Virus record (IMG/VR): IMGVR_UViG_3300031133_000403
Strand: one strand, 5' to 3'
Length of the DNA: 59,226 nucleotides
Source of the DNA: an uncultured virus (IMG/VR IMGVR_UViG_3300031133_000403)
Taxonomy: Duplodnaviria > Heunggongvirae > Uroviricota > Caudoviricetes
The position numbers and the translations under genes are program-made. Shown here piece by piece: positions 1-8,016 of the stretch. The notes under the pieces are model-generated. The model was given only the letters and a program-made list of their open reading frames with translations, searched no databases and was not told where the DNA came from. Numbering within the stretch: position 1 is the stretch's first letter; each line of letters begins with the position of its first letter.

Positions 1-350
1 GTGTCCCCGAGCATGTTCTGCAGCGCCATCACATGCGCGTGCGCCTTGTGGCCGAACATGCCGGTCATGCACGTGCTGCGCTGCTGCACGACAAGCGCCG
101 CCTCCGACAGTTCGGCGCCGGACATGTCCTTCGACAGCGTCTGTGCCAGGCCGTTGCCGTAGGATCGCAGCGCCGGAAGCCTGCTGTCGTCGGGGCTGAG
201 ATCGGTATTCTCGATGTATTCCTCCACGCGTCCGATGCCGGACGCCGCGTGCTCGTGCCTGTGGCAGGCCGACGTCAGAAGGAGAAGCGTCGTGGCGACG
301 AGGCGCATCGTCGCATTGGCCGGAAGCGTTCCGGAATCACGCCTCTTCAT
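1..350 (-). CDS. Putative lipoprotein, partial (runs off the left edge)
   Basis: Hand translation MKRRDSGTLPANATMRLVATTLLLLTSAC...; lipobox-like LTSAC; GGAGG RBS upstream; absent from ORF track because there is no stop in the window. Confidence 0.6.
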   Translation of the reverse strand, partial: MKRRDSGTLPANATMRLVATTLLLLTSACHRHEHAASGIGRVEEYIENTDLSPDDSRLPALRSYGNGLAQTLSKDMSGAELSEAALVVQQRSTCMTGMFGHKAHAHVMALQNMLGD

Positions 351-410
351 AAGTCTCTTTTCCTCCAGATGTGCCGTTCAACGAGCACGCCCGGAGCGTT
401 CACCCATCGC

Positions 411-815
411 TCACGCCGAGCGCATGGCCTCCTCGGCCGCCGCGATCCTCACTCCCACCGTCGGCCGGCCCCGTCGCGCGTAGCATATGCCGAGATCGCG
501 TTCGACCAGACGAAGGGGACCGTCGAGTCCTTCGCGCAGGGAGACGTGTTCGTCGATGCACAGCGCCTCCATCAGCGCGATGACCCGGTTTGACGACAGC
601 GCCGGATGTCCCTGGATGCGCGGACGGCGTCGGCCCGGGAGGCCGCGGCGAGATGCCGCCTCCACCTTGGCGGCCTCCGCCTGCAGCCGCCATGCGGCCT
701 GTTCCGCGGCTTCCGCCTGCTGGCGCAGATCCTCGGCCCGTTCCAGCAGACGTGCGGCTTCGGCCCGCAGATCGCGCGCCTGGTCCTGGGGGTCTGCGGT
801 TGCGACGACGTCCAT
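411..815 (-). CDS. Hypothetical protein with Ala/Glu/Gln-rich coiled coil
   Basis: ORF 411..1067; start re-called at MDVVATAD after AAAGGA; helical heptad-like stretch. Confidence 0.55.
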   Translation of the reverse strand: MDVVATADPQDQARDLRAEAARLLERAEDLRQQAEAAEQAAWRLQAEAAKVEAASRRGLPGRRRPRIQGHPALSSNRVIALMEALCIDEHVSLREGLDGPLRLVERDLGICYARRGRPTVGVRIAAAEEAMRSA

Positions 816-839
816 GATCGGTCCTTTGGCCAAAACGTT

Positions 840-873
840 TCCTGAAAGCGACGAATGACGATTTTCAGGATGG
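840..873. promoter_or_regulatory. Inverted pair of box B (TCCTGAAA-N15-TTTCAGGATGG)
   Basis: Inverted repeat in AT-richer intergenic DNA; the same box recurs in many intergenic regions. Confidence 0.5.
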
Positions 874-1067
874 ACTTCAACCCCGAATCGGACGATTATG
901 ACCTCGTTCCCTAGTTGCATGCGGCGCCTCGCATCGTCGCATGCCTCACTCGCCCACCGGTGGACTGCGCGGCCCGCCGGTGGGTGTTTTACCGTCGTTA
1001 CCAGACGTGGAAAAGGGAGACTCGCGAGGGCCGCCCTTTCCGTTTCCGATCTCTTCGCGGTCCGCAT

Positions 1068-1502
1068 TCAGGCGGCGAGCGCCATGTCCTGTTCCGTCAG
1101 GGTCTTCCGGGCGGTCAGCGTGTGCATGGTGGCCGTGCGGGGCGCGTTGACGTCGATGTAGTCGCGGATGCGTCCGCTCATGTCCGCGGCGACGACCTCG
1201 GCGCCCATCACCCTGAACATCTGCACGACGTAGTCGGTGTCCGGCGCCCCGCTGTGCGCGGCCGCGTCTATGCCGCACGCCGTGATGGGCGTGGTGGCCA
1301 CCCGGAACCGGTCGACGATGTCGCAGGGGACTTCGATGGCGACGATCTCGCTTGCACCCTCGAGAATCCTCCTGTGCGCGATGGCCTGCTGAAGATCGCT
1401 CGTGAACCAGCGTCCGGCCACGCGCACAGCGGCGTCGTTGCCCTGGTACTGGGTGCGTCGTGCGGGTCGCGAGGCGATCGTGCGGGCGCGGTAGAGTATC
1501 AT
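1068..1502 (-). CDS. Hypothetical protein
   Basis: Start MILYRART after GGAG RBS within ORF 1068..1676. Confidence 0.6.
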   Translation of the reverse strand: MILYRARTIASRPARRTQYQGNDAAVRVAGRWFTSDLQQAIAHRRILEGASEIVAIEVPCDIVDRFRVATTPITACGIDAAAHSGAPDTDYVVQMFRVMGAEVVAADMSGRIRDYIDVNAPRTATMHTLTARKTLTEQDMALAA

Positions 1503-1848
1503 GTGCAATCTCCAAGGACGTTGGGCGACATCAGCCCTTGGGAAGAAATTGTCCCACTTTGCGGATGGGAACGAAAGCGGAAAATCGACGCGTCGCGCAT
1601 GTTTTCGCAGTCCGCCTAGACGCTTTCGATCTTGTCTTTCGAATAGATCGGTGAATTTGCGGGCTGGCCCGGACATTCTTCCGGTGTTATGATCCCCACC
1701 ATGGTCCGCAGCATGTCAGCAATCTTTGCCGTCGATACGGCTTATCTCCCGGAAGGGGGATGGTTGCGCGCAACGGCGTGATGTCCGGCCCTTTCGGCCG
1801 GCGGGTCGGAAGGGGAATTGGTCCCCGGGAGGTTGAAGGGGATCGGCG

Positions 1849-2259
1849 ATGGTGTTTCTGACGGACGAGCTCAGGCGAAGACAGGCGAAGGATCAGAGGG
1901 GACTCTGCTTCTACTGCCATCTGCGCATGCACGAGGACATGACCTGGGAGCACATGGTCGCCAGGCACCACGGCGGCGACAACCGGCTGTCCAATCTGCG
2001 TGTCGCGCACTCCGTCTGCAACTCGCTGGTCGGCGTCCACGATGTGAGGATGAAGCATGCACTCTCCGACGTCGGCGCCCTCTACGGCTCCGACGCCTTC
2101 TTCCTGCTCGCCGACCGTCTGAAGGCCGACGCCAATCCGCACGGCCGGCACAGGGTCGTGGTCAAGAGGCCCAAGAAGCCCTCGCCGCGCATCCACCGCG
2201 ACAACGTCGAGCGCCTCATCTCCTTCCTGCCCGAGGACATGCTTCTCCTGGCGGCGTGA
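1849..2259 (+). CDS. HNH endonuclease
   Basis: CFYC...TWEHMVARHHGGDNRLSNLRVAHSVCN matches the HNH pattern (CxxC, EH, GG.N, N, C-N). Confidence 0.85.
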   Translation: MVFLTDELRRRQAKDQRGLCFYCHLRMHEDMTWEHMVARHHGGDNRLSNLRVAHSVCNSLVGVHDVRMKHALSDVGALYGSDAFFLLADRLKADANPHGRHRVVVKRPKKPSPRIHRDNVERLISFLPEDMLLLAA

Positions 2260-2334
2260 CGGCGGGACGATTTCTTCTCGGAGTCGTCCCGTTCCATTGA
2301 TTCCGATCCCGGTCACGGTGGCGACCGTGTTGGT

Positions 2335-2811
2335 TCAGCTCCAGCACGTCGTTTCGACGTCGAGGACGATCTCGACATGGTCCTCGTGTTCGACGATCCG
2401 CTCCATGCGCATCGTCGACATCGCCGCGATGAATGCGTCTTCTGCATGTGCGATCTCGCCAAGCCGACGGCCCGGCATGGCCGCCATGACGATGTCGGGC
2501 AGATTCGCGAAGGCGTCGCGCTTCAGCATGAGGGATCGCCCCACGAAGCTCGGCAGTGATCGCGTCCCCGCACCCATCGGACCCATGAGCAGGGACGCGA
2601 TCACCCGCGGCGCGCGTCGCGGCCAGGCCAGTCGCACCATTCCCTCCGAGGTGTGCACGTAGGTCGTCTGCGTCACGTCCGGATCTCGTGACGACTGCAT
2701 GTGGCAGAGCGACATCTCGACCTGTCGGCGGTTCCGGTCCAGAAGCGCCGCCAAGGTCGTGCATACGCGGTCCAGTGGAGGCCGCGTCTCAGGGGAACTC
2801 AAACCCGCCAT
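2335..2811 (-). CDS. Expanded paralogue family member 1
   Basis: LPDIVMAAMPGRRLGEIAH. Confidence 0.7.
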   Translation of the reverse strand: MAGLSSPETRPPLDRVCTTLAALLDRNRRQVEMSLCHMQSSRDPDVTQTTYVHTSEGMVRLAWPRRAPRVIASLLMGPMGAGTRSLPSFVGRSLMLKRDAFANLPDIVMAAMPGRRLGEIAHAEDAFIAAMSTMRMERIVEHEDHVEIVLDVETTCWS

Positions 2812-3272
2812 CCCGCTGGAAGCGTGAATACCGGGTTGATGATCGGATATCCCGGCGCCTTCATCGGCACGTCCACCAGGATGGTCGCCATCTCGCCTCC
2901 GGTCATGCGCTCTATGACGATGTCCGCCAGCATTTCGAAGTCCGTCCCCGCGACGTGCATCACTTCCGAAAGGCGTCGCCCCTTCGCCGCGATCGCGACC
3001 GTCTCCGCCACGTCGTCGAGCAGCTGTATCGTCCGTCCGTAGAGGCTGGCCGTGTCAGACGTGAGCGTGAATCTGATGCATTCGCGCGGCTTGCCCTCGT
3101 ACTGCAGTTCGATCGGGCTTCCCCATTTCGACATGGACGCCTCGTGGTAGCCGGCGCGCGTGCTCCGTGCCATCGACGACATCTCGTCGAGTGCCTGCCG
3201 GAATTGCACCGGGATCGCCTCCAGATGCCGCACCAGAGGCATTGGAGCGGGGGCCAGTTCGATCGGCGTCAT
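2799..3272 (-). CDS. Expanded paralogue family member 2
   Basis: VAETVAIAAKGRRLSEVMH; start MTPIELAP after GAGGAAG. Confidence 0.7.
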   Translation of the reverse strand: MTPIELAPAPMPLVRHLEAIPVQFRQALDEMSSMARSTRAGYHEASMSKWGSPIELQYEGKPRECIRFTLTSDTASLYGRTIQLLDDVAETVAIAAKGRRLSEVMHVAGTDFEMLADIVIERMTGGEMATILVDVPMKAPGYPIINPVFTLPAGWRV

Positions 3273-3297
3273 TTCTTCTTCCTCGTGTAGCCCGCGA

Positions 3298-3795
3298 TCA
3301 GCCCGTGCCGACCGCCAGTTCCGCATCCCTGCGTTTGGCCGGCGGCGGCGGGTCCGCGGCCTTGCAGTACAGCGTCGCGTCGAATGCGACGACGGAGAGC
3401 ATGAACAGCAGATCGCTCATCGTGTGCGTAGGCACGGACAGCACCGCGAGGCACATCATGATCACGATGTTGGTCTGTCTCAGGCCTGCTTCCGTGACGC
3501 GGGCCTGCATGGCGCCCGTCCCGGACGACGACAGCGCGTCTATCGACCGCTTCTCGCGACCACGCAGGAACCCGAATATGAAGAAGAGGAGTGCGTAGCC
3601 GAACTGCGGGGATGTCCCGGCCTCGTCGTCCTCCCAGATCCCGACGACGAAGCTGGCGATCAGGATGGCGAGCGATACGTCCAGGCAGCAGTGTGCGAAC
3701 TGCCACTGGTCGGCGCTGCCGCGATCGCGGCTCCAGGCCATCAGGCGGTCGAACCGCAGCAGGACGGCCTCGTCTATGCGTTCCATCAGCGACAT
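3298..3795 (-). CDS. Hypothetical multi-pass membrane protein
   Basis: About four hydrophobic segments. Confidence 0.65.
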   Translation of the reverse strand: MSLMERIDEAVLLRFDRLMAWSRDRGSADQWQFAHCCLDVSLAILIASFVVGIWEDDEAGTSPQFGYALLFFIFGFLRGREKRSIDALSSSGTGAMQARVTEAGLRQTNIVIMMCLAVLSVPTHTMSDLLFMLSVVAFDATLYCKAADPPPPAKRRDAELAVGTG

Positions 3796-3841
3796 GTGAT
3801 CGTTCTAGGATGGTGGGCGACGCTTGTCTCGCGTCGCGATC

Positions 3842-4366
3842 TCATCGGCGCGCGGATGCGTGCGCGCTGGGATCCGCGCCACGCGCCGACGCCGTGTCCC
3901 TGATCGCGGCGATGGCCTCGTCGGCGTCGAGCGACGTCGGTTGCAGCTTCACCACGAGTACGTGCCTGATCCCGTCGCCGGTGCCGCTGGTCCTGGGTTC
4001 CGCCGATTCTATGACGAGACCCGGATGCGCCAGCCAGCCGCCGACTAGCCTTGCGAGCGGCGACCCCTCCAACGCGCCCGACACGGTGTCCGCGAGCATC
4101 AGACCTTCGATGGTGATGTTGGGCTTCCACATCCGGCATCCCGCCCTCACGTCCGCCCGTATCGTGATGTGCAGCCCGTCGACGGCAACGGCGGTGCTGT
4201 TGCTGCATGTGGCGGCCATGTCCCTGGCGAAATGCGTCACCAGATCGATGGCCGCCTGATCCGACACGAAGGCGTGCGCCGTCGTCAGCACTCCCAGCAG
4301 TTCGAAGCGCGCCTCGTCGGTCGTCCGCGACGGTGCCTCCATGACGGCGGCGTCGGAGGCGCTCAC
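3842..4366 (-). CDS. Expanded paralogue family member 3
   Basis: LADTVSGALEGSPLARLVGGWLAHP; GTG start overlaps the upstream TGA. Confidence 0.65.
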   Translation of the reverse strand: MSASDAAVMEAPSRTTDEARFELLGVLTTAHAFVSDQAAIDLVTHFARDMAATCSNSTAVAVDGLHITIRADVRAGCRMWKPNITIEGLMLADTVSGALEGSPLARLVGGWLAHPGLVIESAEPRTSGTGDGIRHVLVVKLQPTSLDADEAIAAIRDTASARGADPSAHASARR

Positions 4367-5019
4367 GCCTTCACCGCGCGCAGCGAGCGGAATGCGGCCA
4401 TGTCCACCACGCCCTCGGGCTGCCGATCCTGGCGGCGCTTGGCGGCCACCGCCACCTTGGTGTTGTCCCAGCGCCTGAATTGGATCTGCGAATCCGTCAT
4501 GGCCTCGTCGATCTGGTCCGGTTCGACCGGCCCGGTCGAATACCGTCCGTTGTCGTTCCAGTACACCACCGGCGGACTCGTCATGTCGCCGCAACCGCAG
4601 AACATCGTCAGCACGATCTCGTGCACCGTCGCGTTCATGACGATCAGCTTGCCGCCGCCATGGCCATTGTCGTCTGGTCGCGAGTCGATCTTCAGGCTGA
4701 AGGCGACCGTGGCCTGCCGCAGTGTGCCGTCGCGCACCAGCGACGTGGCGTCGATCCACTGGCGCGACAGTTTGCCGAGCTGCACGTGGTCGACGTGCGG
4801 AGCCAGCAGCGACACCACCTCGATGAAGCCCGCGTCGTGCAGGTCGTGGGCGGTCTCCAGGCGACTGTCGAAGTCGTCGGGATGGAGCGCGTCGTAGCGC
4901 TCCGCGCCGAAGATGGACCGGATGACTTCGGATCGTCCGAAGTCGCCCCATTCGGGTGCCGTGAACGGCACCATGTCGATGCGTCCCGTGTCCGGATCGC
5001 GTACGGGCCTGAAGTCCAT
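4363..5019 (-). CDS. Hypothetical protein
   Basis: Start MDFRPVRD after GAGGGAG; globular composition. Confidence 0.7.
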   Translation of the reverse strand: MDFRPVRDPDTGRIDMVPFTAPEWGDFGRSEVIRSIFGAERYDALHPDDFDSRLETAHDLHDAGFIEVVSLLAPHVDHVQLGKLSRQWIDATSLVRDGTLRQATVAFSLKIDSRPDDNGHGGGKLIVMNATVHEIVLTMFCGCGDMTSPPVVYWNDNGRYSTGPVEPDQIDEAMTDSQIQFRRWDNTKVAVAAKRRQDRQPEGVVDMAAFRSLRAVKA

Positions 5020-5104
5020 GTTCTTCTCCCTCGTCAACTGAACGATTTTCCCAGATTCCCATCCGGATTGCAAAGAATCCCGTCCGCCATCCAAACTTCC
5101 GGTA

Positions 5105-5305
5105 TCAGTCCCGCAAACCCGCCGCCCTTTCGCGCGCGGTGGCGACGATCGAGTCCGTGCATCCCCCGTCGGCCTCGATCCTTCCGACGCACTCCCAGCA
5201 GTCTCCGCCGCAGTCGGTCGACATGGCGTCTCCCGTCAGGTCCATCGCGCGGCCGCACATTGCGCATGGCTTGGGGCGTGCCGGAACGTCATGCCGTCTC
5301 GACAT
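5105..5305 (-). CDS. Small Cys-rich putative zinc-binding protein
   Basis: CAMC...DCGGDCWEC. Confidence 0.55.
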   Translation of the reverse strand: MSRRHDVPARPKPCAMCGRAMDLTGDAMSTDCGGDCWECVGRIEADGGCTDSIVATARERAAGLRD

Positions 5306-6527
5306 CGTCGTCCTTCCGGAGTTCGTCGACGAAGTCCGCGATGGACTTGGATGGAGCCCGCTCGACCACGATCTCGCCGCCTTTGGACCGTAGCATCCAA
5401 CCCGGCTTTCCGAACGGCTCGAGATCCAGGACCGTCTGCACCTCGAGCAGCGACAGGACTGCCGCCAGATGACCACGGTCCATCGACTTCAGCAACGGGA
5501 TCGCGGCATGCGACACCTCCCTGTCGGGATCCGCCTCTGCGATGCGCACGAGCTGCGCCGTGGCTTCCTCGTCCGTCGGCGCGTCGGCGACCGGGATCTG
5601 GAATCCGGCGCCCTCCGAAAATGCGCGCAGCCTGAGCGAGAGTTCGTCCCCCCGCACCGTGCGTATCCGAAGATGCCGCGCCCACGGTGCGTCCAGCACT
5701 TCGCCGAACGTCCTGCCCGCCAGCGAGGCTCTGATGGCCTCGGGCAGACTGGCGGACAGGGCGATCTCCGTTCCCGTGGCGTCGTCGTGCAGCGTGTGGC
5801 CGTCGTGCAGACGCACGGATGCGTGCACGTCGCGCCCACCGGGTCCCATGGTAAGGATGATGTTGGCGATCGTCTCGTCGCCCACGACCATTCCTGACAG
5901 CGTCAATGGTGCGATCCGCGTCGCATCCTCGTTGCGATGTCTCTCCACCCATGCTTCGATCGCCCGTCTGCCGTGAGCGCCCACCCGTGTCAGCATGGCC
6001 GCCAGATGCGCTCCGCAGGTGAATTCCGGCTGACCCTCCTCGACACGCGGGCAGTTTCTCACCAGGTACGGCAGGTGGTCCGCCAACGCCTCGTCCAGAG
6101 GCACGTCGGTGCGCAGCTTCCGGCTGATTGTCACGCGTCGCCCGTTCTTCATGGTGCGCGCCAGCACGTGCATGGTGTTCTTGTACTGGTCCATGACGAA
6201 GCGGAGCGACACGGTGGCCGGCACGTCGAGATGTTCGGACGCCCATCGGTTCACGTCCTCGTCGTCGAAGGTGTTGCGCATGTACGCCACCGTCCGCCCG
6301 GGCATCTCGGCCGCCGTGTCGAAGGGCATGAACGGGAATGCCGTCGTCAGATAGTTGTACTTCGACGAGCAGGTCAGCATCGCATGCTCGATCGCGTCGG
6401 AGGGCAGGTCGCCCAGTGGAGACAGCACTGTCACGGGACCCTTCGGCCTCGTGGCGGATTGCAGGTTCGCCGACGGGACTTCGAACCAGGTCAGGCCCCG
6501 TACGGTGCCGTGCACGAGTTTCGTCAT
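5289..6527 (-). CDS. Expanded paralogue family member 4, with C-terminal extension
   Basis: LPEAIRASLAGRTFGEVLDAPW; C-terminal extension resembles that of 10694..11941. Confidence 0.8.
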   Translation of the reverse strand: MTKLVHGTVRGLTWFEVPSANLQSATRPKGPVTVLSPLGDLPSDAIEHAMLTCSSKYNYLTTAFPFMPFDTAAEMPGRTVAYMRNTFDDEDVNRWASEHLDVPATVSLRFVMDQYKNTMHVLARTMKNGRRVTISRKLRTDVPLDEALADHLPYLVRNCPRVEEGQPEFTCGAHLAAMLTRVGAHGRRAIEAWVERHRNEDATRIAPLTLSGMVVGDETIANIILTMGPGGRDVHASVRLHDGHTLHDDATGTEIALSASLPEAIRASLAGRTFGEVLDAPWARHLRIRTVRGDELSLRLRAFSEGAGFQIPVADAPTDEEATAQLVRIAEADPDREVSHAAIPLLKSMDRGHLAAVLSLLEVQTVLDLEPFGKPGWMLRSKGGEIVVERAPSKSIADFVDELRKDDDVETA

Positions 6528-6660
6528 GGCGGTCTCCTTCGATTGTCTCGATACGCCAGGAGGGCGCCCACCTCGCGGTGGACGCCCTCCTCGTCTTTCG
6601 TTCGCCGGCCATCTCGAGGCCGGCGGTCTGTCGTGAGGATCACCCCTGCGGGTGCGGTCC

Positions 6661-7170
6661 TCAGCGATCCTGTTCGATGTAGGCCTGGTTCACCGCCGGT
6701 GCGGCCAGCGCCGACGGGACAGGCGCGGGCTGCGGAAGGGTGATCGACGGTGCGTCGCCGCGGTTCATGAGACCCAGCACCTCCTGCACGCCGACGCCGT
6801 TGGTGACGTTGGCCACCGTCTCGCCGCCCTCGATGAGGTGGATGGTGAAGGCCGGGGCGTAGGTCCACTGGAACACCATCGGATCCTTGCCCTTCTCGAC
6901 GATCACGCCGATGTCGACGGGGTCGTTGCCGTTGGTCGGGTAGATGAACGCCATCGTGTCGACCTGGTCCGAGGTGTACAGACCGATCGCCCCCTGCAGC
7001 ACCGCGGTCCACTGATCGTCGGTGTCGACTTCGTAGCGCTGCGACCGCACGCCCTTGTCGTGCTGCGCGGCGACGGTGACGTGACGCGTGCCCTTGCGGA
7101 GCTGCGAGCGCTCCTTGCTGATCTCGGCGAGGAACGTGACGAGTGCGAAGGGCAGGACGGGATAGGTCAA
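6661..7170 (-). CDS. Hypothetical protein
   Basis: 169-aa ORF, TTG start after CAGGAG; CCTATAAG element upstream. Confidence 0.65.
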   Translation of the reverse strand: MTYPVLPFALVTFLAEISKERSQLRKGTRHVTVAAQHDKGVRSQRYEVDTDDQWTAVLQGAIGLYTSDQVDTMAFIYPTNGNDPVDIGVIVEKGKDPMVFQWTYAPAFTIHLIEGGETVANVTNGVGVQEVLGLMNRGDAPSITLPQPAPVPSALAAPAVNQAYIEQDR

Positions 7171-7196
7171 TTACTGTCTCCTGGAGTGTTCGCGTC

Positions 7197-7204
7197 CTTA
7201 TAGG
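7197..7204 (-). promoter_or_regulatory. CCTATAAG putative -10-like promoter element
   Basis: Same octamer just upstream of, and co-oriented with, genes at 18558, 33970 and 45794. Confidence 0.45.
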
Positions 7205-7240
7205 AGGACGTCGATTGAAACGGAAACGCGCTCCGGCGCG

Positions 7241-7828
7241 CTACGCCCACCACGTGGCCCGCAACGGGCGCAGACGGGCGACGCCCTCGAGGTCGAGCAG
7301 ACCGCTGGCGAGCGTCCAATGCCGCAGCGTCATCGGGACGCCGGGCACCAGCGTGTGGTCGCGCTCCCACTCGTATGCGGCATCGTCGTCACGCGGCCGC
7401 TCCACCTCCCGGCCCGATGCGTCCATTCTGATGTTGCCGTAGGGATGCAGCCCCGTCGTCAGATACTCCACCGTGTTCTCGGGGAAGTTGGTGTCGTCGG
7501 GACCTCGCGGGCCCCAGATCATGGCGTAGTCGATGTCGTCGTCTCGTCTGCGCCATCGACGCGCCATGTCGATCGAGGGATACAGGATCACGTCGCTGTA
7601 CTCGTCGAATCCGACCAGATCGATCAGATCGAAGCACGTGTCGTCCGGCCCCGTGGTCTCGAGCGGCCAGCGCGGTGGTTTAAGGCTCGCGGTGCCGGCC
7701 AGCGCCTCTTCGAGCACTTCGTTCCAGCCGTCGCCGATCCTCTTGGGCAGGCCCGGTATGCGGCACAGACGCTGGAATTCTCCGCTCGGCATGCCCCAGC
7801 CGATCGCGGTGTTGATGCGCATTCCCAT
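7241..7828 (-). CDS. Hypothetical protein
   Basis: Start MGMRINTA after GAGAGG. Confidence 0.65.
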   Translation of the reverse strand: MGMRINTAIGWGMPSGEFQRLCRIPGLPKRIGDGWNEVLEEALAGTASLKPPRWPLETTGPDDTCFDLIDLVGFDEYSDVILYPSIDMARRWRRRDDDIDYAMIWGPRGPDDTNFPENTVEYLTTGLHPYGNIRMDASGREVERPRDDDAAYEWERDHTLVPGVPMTLRHWTLASGLLDLEGVARLRPLRATWWA

Positions 7829-8016
7829 TTCTTGTTTTCCTCTCCGGTTCCACGGTCGGGTCCCCCCTTCCAGTCGGGTTCGCGTTTCCCGGCGTTCTCG
7901 GGGCGTCGCGACCGCCATGCGCCAATGCGTCCGTGCTCCGGCTTCACGGCGCTTGGCGAGCGGCGGCGTTTCGTACGCGGTGTCGGGGATGACGTGGTGC
8001 CTTCCCCGACCCTTCG

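Noticed and set aside
1849..2259. HNH gene as part of a group I intron or intein
   Set aside because: It is free-standing between complete ORFs, with no interrupted host gene evident
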